33,783 nucleotides of DNA, from assembly GCF_004010195.1 (NCBI RefSeq), contig NC_057718.1, positions 56,587,220 to 56,621,002 on the forward strand, read 5' to 3'. The number at the start of each line of letters is the position of its first letter. The stretch's first letter is position 1. The DNA comes from Chiloscyllium plagiosum (lineage: Eukaryota). Of this stretch, positions 12,084-23,536 are shown in pieces. A program made the translations under genes and the position numbers. Under the pieces are notes generated by a model. That model ran no database searches. It was not told the DNA's origin and saw nothing but the letters and a program-made list of their open reading frames with translations.

Positions 12084-13152
12084 TAGGGTTTAAACTTACA
12101 CATATTTTCAAATGTCTGTTGAATGAAGCTTGAATATTTTTAGTATAGTGAGTAGTGCATTTAAGATTGTTACAAATTGTACAAAGAATGGTTATTCCAT
12201 GTTTAGGCACAGTGTGCATCACTGATGTTATTTAATATTTACTATTACAGTCATTGCAATTGTAACAGAAACTCAAAATATTTACAACAGTTGGAGCTTA
12301 TGTACATTTACTTAGATAACTTATATGCAAAGTAATTGGTGATCAGCCAATCGCTGTTTCCTTATTTTATTTCCTTATCACCTTTGTCAAGTGATATTTT
12401 TAATTTTAATACAAGATGGAAATACGTTTCCGCTACATTCATAAGTTTCCTTTCACAATTCTTTAAATATTTCAGATCTTGATAGAAAAAAAAAGTACAG
12501 CGACAGAATCCAATATAACTATATGGTTTAATTCGCTGACGTTTTATATGCAAGCACTAAACCAATAAAAATACTTGCCGTTAAAGAATGTTGGCAATCT
12601 TCCTAAAGCTCTGCTGATTTTTTTTGGGGGGAATCATAAAGCATAAATCGTTCTGACAAGCACTTACATGATTTGTTTGGAGTCCTTTCGTTGTAGTCTG
12701 CTGTCATCTGACTCTGGAATGCATTGCAATACACCTGCTGCCAAAAGAACGATTGGCAAAGATCCTTTTTTTCCCCTCTCCCTCTCTCATTGGTGTTCGC
12801 AACAACGTAAACAGAGATTCTTTTTTTTTCAGCTTACTACTAAATTGTGCAACAAACGAGTTACGAGACTCGTCGATCCACACAAACTCTGTTGTTTACA
12901 GACTGAATCGGCCGGCTGACAGGTCAATACAGGAACAGCAGGTTAAACGTCAAAGAATGTATTTTAAAAAGCAAACACTACAAGGATTCAGTACAATCCC
13001 AATAATGACTTAATAAATATAAGTTTTAACTTAAAATATTTTACTCCGCAAAGCAAATTCATTCGAACTTAGAGGAAAGGTCGCTCAACATTTTGTTAAG
13101 CGTATGGAGTTTTAAATCGCAAAGGACACAATATATTTTCTAAAACTCTTAC

Positions 13153-13216
13153 CACTTGTCAGTTCATGTTTTATAGTACAGCTCCCTTCCCCGGAGATGT
13201 CCCCCATGCTGAGCAT
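13153..13216 (-). CDS. rps6ka5: First coding exon of an MSK-family ribosomal protein S6 kinase (RPS6KA5/MSK1; RPS6KA4/MSK2 not excluded)
   Basis: Encodes MLSMGDISGEGSCTIKHELTS+G, then donor G|GTAAGA (phase 1). Resembles MSK1 TVKHELRT|ANLTGH and MSK2 MGD..ESC..; phase 1 fits the following Ala codon. The second ATG (13207) has strong Kozak context AGCATGG. Lies in a CpG-enriched region beside ZNF143-type sites. Exon 2 was not found in the window. Confidence 0.7.
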
Positions 13217-13362
13217 AAACCTGTCTAAATTCAATGTTAAAACACGAGTTCGTCAAAGAAACAAAGAAATAAGAAGAAAACTGCACTAAACAACCGGCGA
13301 CTACCGTCTGCCCATTCTCTCTTTTCCCGAAAGCAGCTATCTTTCTACACTGTTTATCTGTT

Positions 13363-13382
13363 GCATCCTGGGACTTGTAGTT
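13363..13382 (-). promoter_or_regulatory. ZNF143/THAP11 (SBS) composite motif
   Basis: Minus strand AACTACAAGTCCCAGGATGC matches ACTACAnnTCCCAGnATGC. Confidence 0.85.
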
Positions 13383-13433
13383 TCCCCTCGACGGTCCCTG
13401 TGTTTTGGTCCCTGGGGAACCGCTAGCCTTGGC

Positions 13434-13457
13434 ACTATGTCTCCCAAGAAGCTTTGC
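13434..13457 (+). promoter_or_regulatory. Second ZNF143/THAP11-type motif, opposite orientation
   Basis: ACTATGTCTCCCAAGAAGCTTTGC fits ACTAYRnnnCCCA followed by an SBS-like tail. Confidence 0.65.
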
Positions 13458-13740
13458 ACAAAGAACGCATGCTCAGATGTGGCGGCTCTAAAGCCCCACC
13501 CCCATCTTCCCGGATCGAGCTTATTCTCTCATTTTCCTAACAGGAAGAGTCCAATAAATTTCGGGGGGGGATTATAAAACACTAGTTGTAAGCTAATTAA
13601 TTTATTTTTATAAATTGAAAATGAAAATGAGGTATATAACTAATATATTTCTCTGCTTTCATAAAACCCCCTGCGACCAGTTCTAACTCTCTGATTCACA
13701 TTACCAAATCGGAATGTCAACATCTGGTGCGAGTAAACTG

Positions 13741-13793
13741 TCACCGCGCGAGCGAGTCTTATAAAAAGAGCTCGAGCGGGAATCGCAAGATGG
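13741..13793 (+). promoter_or_regulatory. Candidate plus-strand core promoter (GC-rich flank, TATA box, YY1-like CAAGATGG)
   Basis: TATAAAAA at 13760-13767 is preceded by a CpG cluster and followed ~26 nt later by CAAGATGG (13786-13793). Confidence 0.4.
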
Positions 13794-14666
13794 TCCCTTT
13801 GGTGCAGTGATCAAAAGAACCGCAGTTTCAGGAATCTCAGTACGAGTTTAACCAACACAAATACCGCCACATTTCTGATTGAAAAATAGAACTCTAGCTG
13901 TATTTCTATTATTTATTGTTTTTGATTCACCGCATGACAAGAATTTGCCAATGACAGTGATCCGCCTGATTTGGCAATAATTCAGAAAAATCGTGCATTT
14001 AAATCTTGACATCATCCTGCATTTACTGTAACCCTGTTTTTTTAAAGCAAAATAATTACTTAAAAGAAAATTCCAAAATGAAAAGTGTTCCTGGCGTCAC
14101 AGTAATGCTTTCCATGTCCCTTTGAGAAAACGACAGTTAAGAATGGAGCTACCAAAGTAGCAGAGTTACCGAAAGAGGTTGAAGAGAGAAAAAAAAATAA
14201 AGTCGACAACAGTATTGAAGACATCGGAGTTGAGCAAGAATGGGTGAGACAGTAAGGCACAAACAAAATTAATATAGATCAAATCACTGCATTATTTACA
14301 TAAATACGAACAATTACCTTTATTTCAAAAGTAATTCATTATCTGAGCTACTCCTTTTGACCAGATAATGCATTCATGCAAATACTCGTTCAGAAAAAAA
14401 AGTTGGAATCACGGAATCTTTTATAATTCTTCGGTGAAACTACCCAAATAGTCCAATTCCCCTGCTGTTTTCCTATTGTAGTGGTGATCTGCCCAATGGC
14501 AGATATTTTGTTTATTTCTCTATCTATCCAAGTCCTGTGCTTTTCTTTTCAGTTGCTTGTAAGAGATTATATTTGCAGCTTCATTAGCAGTATGACTAGA
14601 GAAAATAGTATCTTTGATTTCCCATCATCTTCTTCGTGTGTGCTTAAAGGAACACATCCTTTTAGG

Positions 14667-15165
14667 AAACATAGAAAATAGGAGCAGGAATGAGCCATTT
14701 GGGCTTTCCAGCCTGCTGCACCATTCATTATGATCGTGGCTGATTATCCAACTCAATAGACTGTTTCTGCTTTACCCCTCTATTCTTTGATTCCTTAAGC
14801 TCCAAGTGCTATGTCTAACTCTTTTAATCATACAATGTTTTGGTCACAACTTCTTTATGTGGTAGCAAATTCCACAGGATCACCACTTTCTGAGTGAAGA
14901 AATCTTTCCTCATTTCAGTGCCAAATGTGTACCCATTATCCTTCGACTGTGGCCCTTGGGTTCTGGATTCCCTTGCCATTAGAAACATTCTTCCTGCATA
15001 TATCCAGTCTAGTCCTGATAGAATTTCATTGGTTTCTATGCAAACCTTTCCTCTTTCTTCTAAATTCCAGCAAATATAGTCCTAACTGATTTAACTTCTC
15101 CTCAGTCCTGCCATCCCAGGAATTAGTCTAGTAAATCTTCCTGCATTCCCTCTATAACAAGAGCA
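14667..15165 (-). mobile_element. CR1 LINE 3' end (older subfamily)
   Basis: Tail AAACATAGAAAATAGGAGCAGG; antisense FFTQKVVILWNLLP-like motif (AATTCCACAGGATCACCACTTTCTGAGTGAAGAAA). Confidence 0.8.
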
Positions 15166-16229
15166 TATAGCCTTGTTATAAAAGTGCCGAGAGTTTTGTT
15201 TATCACATAAGTAATATTCAGGTTTATCAATCTTCTTTAAAGTTGGTTGTTGCTATCTCCTGTAGAAGCTTGCATTACAGCAACCATATTAAAGTAAAAA
15301 TGTACTTATCTATTGTTGTGGTTGCATTGTGGAAGAGCATCACACTCATGGTCAATATAATAAAATTATAAGATACTACTTCCAGAATACCTTGTTTATT
15401 GAGACTAATTATACAGTTCTAGTGTCAATGATATACTTAGCAATATCAATTACTTGGCATTATATGTGAAAGATATATTTAAGCTTGTAGTCCAGTTTTT
15501 TTATTTATACTCTGTAAAGTTAGGCCACCTTCTGAAAAGTTGTACATTTCCTTTCATGAATTACAAAACACAGTCCACGGAACTCAAATTAATTAAAATG
15601 GAAATAAATGTTTTTTTTTAAACATCAGGTACTCGCTGTGTTATTTGTGGTGTTTAGTAATTCAATTGTTGAATGATTTAAAAGGCATTAAAATTGAATG
15701 AATTGAAAGCATTATACAACTGGTAAGGTTCTAAATACGAACATCTGAACAAAGAACAAAGGTAGGCCATTTGGCCCTTGCAGTCTGCTCTGTCATTCAA
15801 TAAGATTGTGGTTGATCTGATTTTATCCTCAACTAACCTTCTTCAATCAGTAATTATCAGCAGTGCTTCTTCCTTTTCTGCAAATTCCATGACCTGTTCT
15901 TTGCAGCTACTTATGCTTGTGCTTCCAAAAAGCCACTGCAGCATTGGTTTCAGTGAGTCAGGCTCTCAGTAGCTTGCACCCTCCTTGCCCTTTAGCTCAG
16001 TCAGCCTGAATGAATGCAATGGTAGATCTCATATGCCTGTGCTTTCAAGCATAACAGAGTTAAGTAACAGCCTTTAGAGATCTGCGAATTAATAAGAGGA
16101 AGACCAAGCAGAGGAGTAGCAATGCAGAATGATTTCCTGACAGACTTGTGTAAGTAATGGTGATGAAAGTGTTAGTGAGCTTCCTCCAGTCAGACCAAAT
16201 CAAGGAAGTACTCATGGTAGATAGAGTTA

Positions 16230-18320
16230 GAACAAAATATTTGTAGCACAATACCATAACCGGATGGCTGAAAAGGAAAACAAATAAGTGAAACACGAAG
16301 GTCCCTTTCTGAAATATTTTTGTTGAAAATATTGATAAGTTGAAGGTAGCTTTATCTCAAACAGTCTGTGACTAAAGCTGAGAAAAGAATATTAACGTCA
16401 TTAACCCGACAGTTTGAGGAACATTTGAATGTGAAAGAAAATTAATCAAATGAATAAGTGCATCAGGATCAAGTTTTGAAAGAATATGGGCCTGCAACCA
16501 GTACGACTAGTTTGACCAAAGGTGACCCTATCACTTGGTCCAAATGTGATGATTATCTGCACCAAATCTTGATGGAACATGGGCCCACATATCAGAACAG
16601 GTTTAAAGGTTCTATAAATCATAATCAATGGTAATTCTCAACAAATTATTAAAAAAAAATGTTTAAGAATGGAGATGAAATGTAACCCTTCAGTGGCTAC
16701 AGTATTCTATGTCAAAGTACTTCATGTTTTGCTTCTGTTGCAAATTGTTTACCAGTGGTGCGTCATCTGTTTTCTTCTGATAAAGATTTGAAAGATTGGC
16801 AAAACATGCCTTCAATTATAGCAGTTGTTATGATCCCAGCTAATGTTACTACTGGACAAGTCAGATCCCAGAGTGAAACCTATCTTGATAGATCGATGAA
16901 TTTTGTTAGCATGGTGGTTAGTGACTGAAATGTTTTCACACATAGCTGCATATGTTCTTTGACAACAGGACGTGTTTATTACATAAAAGAAGTTAAACAA
17001 ACTACCTAAACTGTATACATATTGCATTTAGAGAGATCTTATCACAAATATCAAAACAAAGTTTCAAACTGTACCCCAACCTCATATGTTACAGGGATTC
17101 AAATCCAGAGAAATTATGCCTCTAACTCAACACTTTAGCTTTCGACATAGCTGATTCCTTCCAGTTTTTTTTCCCTTGGAATGGGGAAAAAAAATTAATG
17201 ATTCTTTTCCAAGTCTACTGAATTTAACTTTTCAGAAATCTGAGAGTCTTGACTTTCTCATTTACAATAACTTGCAGATGACTATGCAAACTCACTTGTC
17301 TTGAAAGCTTCACAAAGTAGTTATGCTGGGGTGATGACTTTCCTTGAACTGAGTTGAAAATCTAGTAGGAGAGAGATTAAAACTTGCTTCGAAACTCAAC
17401 TGTTACACAGTCTAATATGAACTGAAAACAAATTTAACGATCTAAATGTGTTTACCCTGTCATAAACCCAGCAGTAGAAACATCTTTCCATTAACGCCAT
17501 AGTGGTCTGCAGTCATTGCTTTCTGAGCAATTTTTGAGCAGGTTTGAGGTCACTGTTCCATAGTGACTGACTATTAAAAAAAATCTTCACACCAGCAACT
17601 TACATCCATCTACCTTTCTTCTTAAAACAATCCAAATTCCAAAGATGGTAATCTATTACAAATCTTCCATCATAGAGTGCAGAAGAGAAGTAGTAAATGT
17701 TTGGAGAATTTCCAAAGTGGAACGAACTTGAACTGCAATTGAAAAACAAGAAAGTCATTGATGAAGAAAATTTGTGCTTTATTAGATAAGAAAACTATTG
17801 ACAGCTAGTCTTGGAATGTCTGATTGCCTTAGTGAGAGTTCTTATATGTAAAATCTGACCTTTTAGAAAATTAGTGAAAAACTTCACAGTTCTGATAATG
17901 AGAACTTCTGTAAAATGGTAGAATATCTAGCCTTGTTTGCCCCATTTATGGGTAAGCATCTTTGTAAATGAAAAAAGACAAGTGCACTACCTAAATATAT
18001 AGAATGAAATTATTCAGTTCTTATCAACACCAACGAATAAAAATCAGACCTTTTGGTCATATTGCCAAATACATTTCAGTTGTTTTGGACACCAGATGCA
18101 GACCATGTGGACAAATGAATCCTCCCAGCCCCAAAAGACATGGTCAATGATCAGTTAGTTGGTGATATATGGCAGGATTGGGAAAGTAAGAATCTTGATG
18201 TTGAGAAAGTGAAATGCAAGCTTTTAATGCCAAGATGAGTAGTGAGGTGTCCAGGTGCATATATTTATAACTCATCATTACCTATTCTCGCATTATTTAT
18301 ATGCAATTTGCTACTTTCCC
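16230..18320 (+). pseudogene. Degenerate hAT (Tip100/ZMYM1-like) transposase fossil, interrupted by an LTR-like insertion
   Basis: Frameshifted motifs in hAT order: GDPITWSKCDDYLHQILMEHGP (~16521), WLQYSMSKYFMFCFCCKLF (~16695), WNELELQLKNKKVIDEEN (~17718), NENFCKMVEYLALFAPFMGKHL (~17897), AKYISVVLD (~18064). Confidence 0.8.
16826..17407 (-). mobile_element. Solo LTR inserted in the hAT fossil
   Basis: Plus-strand termini TGTTATGA...TGTTACA; 4-bp TSD CAGT (16822-16825, 17408-17411); AATAAA on the minus strand near its 3' end. An alternative right end at 17660 (ATTACA) lacks a TSD. Confidence 0.55.
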
Positions 18321-18852
18321 ATGCGACAGACAGAAACTAGATGGTGATAATTCTTGTCATGAAAATCTGAGCAAGGAGCTCGTGGCTCCAGGTCACTGCT
18401 TGCTCATCTGGGCCTCCAACATTTCAGGACGCAATTAATAGACACTATCAATCTGCATCCTTCATTCATGGAGTTTGTTATCAGAAACACCCCAGCCTGA
18501 CCACATCATAATAACTCATCTCTGACTCACTTAGAATTTAGTTCATTACATCACTTTGGAGTGCACCAACACATTTCATTTCAATGCTATTGTCAAGTCA
18601 ATTTGTCTGTAGGGATAGACACCTGCCTCATGCGTTAGTGGAGAGTGTATCTCAAGCTTCTTAGCTTGCTTTCATAGTGTTCACTCACTTGCATCTACTT
18701 GATATTCACATTGCCTTGCCTTTTACACATTGCTACTGTAGTGATTGTAACAAGGTCAGCCAGGTGGACCTCATGGAACATTAGGTCCCTGACTAGGGCT
18801 GTTAGATTAGTTCAATCAGGAAGCCCTGGCTGACAGATAAAAAGAGGACTGT

Positions 18853-19109
18853 GTACACCTTGTGTCTCTCACTGTGTCTCACACCTGCACACACCATGGG
18901 TGCTGGGGAAAAAATAAGTACAAACTGGGGAATCACGCAGCATTGCCCTTTGATGTGAAGGGCACTGCTTGTCACAGGCCACTTGGGTGTTTCCTTTCTT
19001 CCTGGTGATGGAAACTGAATAAAGATTTGTGCACCTTGTGTCTTTCACTGTGTCCCACACCTGCGCGCACACACAACATGGGTGCTGGGGAAAAAATAAG
19101 CAAAAAAAA
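18853..19109 (+). mobile_element. Poly(A)-tailed non-LTR 3' fragment with internal direct repeat, inserted in the Gypsy 5' LTR
   Basis: TSD AGGACTGT (18845-18852, 19110-19117); ~70-bp unit CACCTTGTGTCT..GGGTGCTGGGGAAAAAATAAG present twice; A-tail at 19102-19110. Confidence 0.7.
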
Positions 19110-19578
19110 AGGACTGTCAGACATTCAGACAGACAGTCTGAGAGCTGGCTCTAAGGAAGCTGGACCAGTGTCAAGGACTTTCCATGTGTAAATAAAGGGT
19201 GATTTGGTGACAGAATTCTGACCTATGTGAAGTTATTTCAGTGGCAATGAGAGTAAAACACATTCCCGAAGAAACTTGCTCCTGAAGAAGTGTATTTGAG
19301 TTGTGGTAAGCATTTCTGTCATCATGCCATTATTTGGGAAGCTTAACTTGTTCAATCCTGCTGTCGAAGACTGGGCCCAGTATGTGGAAAGAATGCGTTA
19401 TTTTTTCTGGGCAAATGATATTGGGGCAGATGAAAAGCAACAAGTAATTCTTCTAACTGCTTGCAGACACGCAGCATTTTTGGTTATTAGAAGTCTAACT
19501 TTCCCTGAGGTACTAGATATTGAAACCTTTCAAGAGTTGATGGATTTAGTTAGGGAATATTACGACAACAAGCCTCCT

Positions 19579-20454
19579 TGCAGAGGATTGTGAAACTTTG
19601 CAAAGGGACATACATAGTTTAAGTGAGTGGGAAAAAGTCTGGCAGATAGATTACAATGTTAATAAATGTGAAGTCATCCATTTTGGTAGGAATAACAGTA
19701 AAAAGGACTATTACTTGAATGGTAAATAATTGCAGCATGCTGCTGTGCAGAGGGACCTGGGTGTCCTTGTGCATGAATCATAGAAGTTTGGTCTGCAGGT
19801 GCAACAGGAAGTCAAGAAGGCAAATGGAATTTTGTGCTTTGTTGCTAAAGGGATTGATTTTAAAAACAGGGAGGTTATGTTTCTGCTGTATAGGGTGCTG
19901 GTGAGGCCACACCTGGAGTAATGTGTGCAGTTTTGGTCTCTTTACTTGAGAAAGGATGTACTGGCACTAGAGGGATGCAGAGGAGGTTCACTAGGTTGAT
20001 TCCGGAATTGAGGGGGTTGGGTTATGAGGACGGACTGAGTGCAGTGGGATTACATTCATTGGAATTTAGAAGAATGAGATGGAATCTTATAGAAACATAT
20101 AAAATTATGAAGGGAATAGGTAGGATAGAAGTGGAGAGGATGTTTCTATTGGCGGGTGAAACTAGGACAAGAGGGCACAGCCGCAAGACTAGGGGGAGCA
20201 GATTTAGAAGGAACTTATTCACCCAGAGGGTTGTGAATCTGTGGAATTCCCTATCCAGTGAAGTAGTTAAGGCTTCCTCAGTAAATGTTTTTAAAGCTAA
20301 GACAGATAATGTTTTGAACAATAAAGGAATTAAGGGTTATGGTGAAAGGGTGGGTGAGTGGATTGGAGGCCATGAAAAATCAGGCATGATCTTATTGAAT
20401 CGTGGAGCAAGCTTGAGTGGCTAGACGGCCTACTCCTGCTACTAGTTCTTATGT
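19579..20454 (+). mobile_element. 5'-truncated CR1 LINE inserted in Gypsy gag
   Basis: LVRPHLE.., QRRFTRLIPELRGL.YE, FTQRVVNLWNSL; TTCTTATG tail; TSD TCCT (19575-19578, 20455-20458); removing it restores gag KPPLILR. Confidence 0.9.
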
Positions 20455-23400
20455 TCCTCTAATTCTGAGATGTTATTGTTTTTACTGGGCAATTTGAGAC
20501 CCTGGGGAATCCATATCGAAATTTTTGACTTGGTTAAGCTGACTGGCAGAGGCATGTGACCCTTAATGAGATGCCAAGAGACCAGTTGGTATGTGGAATA
20601 AATGATGTAACCATGCAAAAGTGCTGATTGGTGAAGTCCAACTGGTCTTCAAAAAGATACTACAACTGGTTTTTATCATTCAAAAACGTGGAAGTGAAAC
20701 ATATGACTTGCAGGGTGTATTGGTGGAAGTGGACATCCTTGCCATTCTGACTGAGCTTGGGGAACACCACTGGAGTGAAGGCTTTTGCAAAGCCACAATC
20801 AGGAATTATCCTGAACAGAGGAATTCCTGGTCAGCCCATAGCAAAACCCCAAATCAAAGCCAAGTCTCAGCCATATGGTTAACATTTCCTTCAAGCCATT
20901 GTAATTGCTGCTGGTATGTGAACTCAAGACAACCAAGGAGTCCTATTATTAGACCTAAATTGAGTAAGGGAACTCAGGCTGGTGTCTAGGAGAGTGCACA
21001 TCCTGGAAAGACCACCTACATTTGGTTTGCAACAGTTAAATTGTTTAACAACTTCCAAATCAGAACCAGTCAAAATAAACTTCTGGTTAAAAAGTCATTT
21101 GGTTCTGATGGAGGTCAGTACCGCTGTGGCCATTTCAGTAATTGCAGAACCAGTCTTTAACGAAATTGTCTTTGGATGCCAACCCTTAAATTTGTACAAG
21201 ACCTCGCCTAGACTGAGAACCTATTCCACGGAACCTTTGTAGTTTAAGGGTATGAGTTTGGTTCTAGTCTCTTATGAGAAACAGTTGATTCAGTTACCAC
21301 TGATTGTAGTAAAAGGTTGGGCCCAAGTTTATGGAGTGAAATTGGTTCAGAGAGATTCCTAAGACCTAGATTGAGTCAACATGTTTCAATTAGAAAATGG
21401 CTGCCTGAGTGAAGTCCTAATTAAATACCTGGAAGTCTTTCAGGCAGGACAATTAAAGAAGCCAAGGCCACCTTGCTTGTTGACCAGAAAGCTATTCCAC
21501 AATTCTGCAAGGTTTGCCCAGTGCCATTTGCCTCATGGGCAAAAGTAGAGGCAGAAATCAGAAGGCTGGCAAGTGAAGAAATCATCCTACCAGACCAGTT
21601 TGTGGAATTGGCAGCACAAGCCTTACTTATTTTGAAGCCTGCCACCTTGATTCACCTTTGTGGGGATTTTAAACAAGAGTAAAGGCTTTTTTGCAGCTGA
21701 ATAAATACCCAGTCTCTCGCATAGAGGATTTATATGCAAAACTGGCAGAGGGGCTGTCCATCACAAAGACTGAATGTGAGCCATGCATTCTTGGCAATTG
21801 TGATTGGCTGAGGATTCCCAGATGTATTGCTACAATTAATATCCATAAGGATTTGTGCCAATAAACGAGACTGCCATTTGGGGTAGCGTCAGCCCGTGCA
21901 ATTTTTCAGCAAACAATAAAGAACATTTTGCAAGTTCTACCCCAGGTCGTCATTTACCTCCATGTCATGCTAATAACAGTGAATACCAATGAAGAGCATT
22001 TAGAGAACTTAGACATAGTCTTTAGATGTTTCTCCCAGGCAGGTATTTGCCGAAGAAGGGAAAATATATATACCAGAAACCCCAAGTGACCTACTTGAGT
22101 TACAGAGTTGACAAGACTGGGTTATACCTGTTGGAAGATAAAGTGAGAGCGATCAAAGGTACCTTGGCTTCTACTGGAGCTTAGGTCTTTCCATTGTCTG
22201 GTGAATTATTATGGAAAATGCATACATAACCAGACCTCCATCCTGACACCTTTGCATTAACTCCTAAGAAAGGGTCAACCTTGGAAATGGTCCGTAGCCA
22301 TGTCATAGCGTTCAAGGAAGTGAAGAAATAGCTATCATCCTCTAACGTGTTGGTGAAGTTATTCCAAGCGACACGTGATGCCTCCCTGTATGGTGCTGAG
22401 GTAGTGTTAGCTCACAGCTGGCCAAATGGAGAGGCCCGCCTAATAGCATAATCCAGTACTTTGGGTTAACACAGACTGTAAATATGCACAGTTGGAGAAA
22501 GAAGGTTTGGCAGTCATATTTTGAGTGACAAAATTCCTTCAATGCCTTTATGAGCATAAATGTGTTACAATAATGGACTAGGAAGTCCTACTATATCTAC
22601 TTAGAGAGGTCAAGGCAGTGTTCCCATAGCTTCTGGCCAAATTCTGCAGTGGGCTCTAATACTTAGTGCGTATAATTACAAATTGGAACACCATCCAAGA
22701 GGTCAAGTAGCGAATGCAGGTGCACTGAGTGGCCTCCCACTGGCAGGCACACCACCATTACTGGAACAGTTTGTAAGCAGGATGTAAAAAACAGCCTATA
22801 GCTAGACACCAAACTGTCCCAGTTTCTATCTGATAATAAGACCACCACTCAGGCAATTACAGGAATAGCTCCAGCAGAGTTGCTAATGGAGAGAAGACTC
22901 TGGACCAGGTTAAATATGATCTTCCTGCTCCTGGGAAGGAGGGTGAAATGGCATCAAAAACATCATTGCTGGATGCCTGACTCCGACAAGTGAGAGAAAC
23001 AGTTTACTCCAGGGGATGAAGTTTAGTGCAGAAATGGAAGTAGCTCTGCATGGGTAAGAGGCTTGGTTGACACAAGGTCAGGTCTAGTGACATATAAAGT
23101 TCAAGTAGGAGCAATGGTACTGAACAAACACCTGCACCATATGAAAACTGAGAACTCACAAAGTGTGGAAGCAAAATGTGCCCTGCTCCTTGAAGTAGAT
23201 GGAAAGGCTGTCAAAACACATGGGTTCTCCCTTTCTATTAAGTGTTGAAAAGACCTCTGAACCTGAGGTGGACACAATGGATCTTGGTGAATCAATGCCT
23301 TTGTTGTTGGAAGAAGAGAGTGAATTTCTCCCGAGGCACTCTGGGCACAAGTCACAAGCTCCTGTGCCCATATCTGACGCAAATTCAGAGGAACCTGACC

Positions 23401-23536
23401 TGGTGCTAAAACGCCCCCAAAGAGGCGCTACAAGGAAAAGAACCATCCTGTATCCTTAGATTTGGAGGGAGAGGGACGTAATGATTGTAACAAGGTCAGC
23501 CAAGTGGACATCAGAGAATATGTGTTTCCCGACTGG

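Larger units (their letters stand above)
12400..14260. promoter_or_regulatory. CpG-enriched, repeat-free promoter region
   Basis: CG dinucleotides are visibly retained (e.g. CCGCGCGAGCG at 13744-13754) against a CpG-depleted background; no transposon fossils seen; contains the first exon and TF motifs. Confidence 0.75.
18737..23536 (+). mobile_element. Gypsy LTR retrotransposon (Mag-like), degenerate, 3' LTR truncated
   Basis: 5' LTR TGTAGTG..TTTCA (18737-19240); PBS-like TGGCAATGAG; gag MPLFGKL..EDWAQYVERM.YFF.ANDI; decayed protease MEVSTAVAISVI; RT PVPFA..KVEAEIRRL..LCGDFK; RNase H remnants; integrase C-terminus TGIAPAELLM.RRL; PPT GGAGGGAGAGGGA (23464-23476); first ~60 bp of the 3' LTR from 23477. 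Confidence 0.92.

Noticed and set aside
12668..12734. 67-nt cassette exon (GVLQCIPESDDSRLQRKDSKQI) after exon 1
   Set aside because: Length is not a multiple of 3, and pairing it with the 23-nt micro-exon still gives a stop.
13790..13880. tRNA-Gln-like or Y-RNA-like start (GGTCCCTTTGGTGCAGTGA) ~30 nt after a TATA box, suggesting a Pol III gene
   Set aside because: No B-box or cloverleaf, no complementary 3' Y-RNA stem, and no PSE at the expected spacing.
14048..14243. Plus-strand exon candidate (TTTTTTTAAAG acceptor, TGG|GTGAGA donor, purine-rich)
   Set aside because: Stops in all three frames and no recognisable protein; at most a UTR or non-coding exon.
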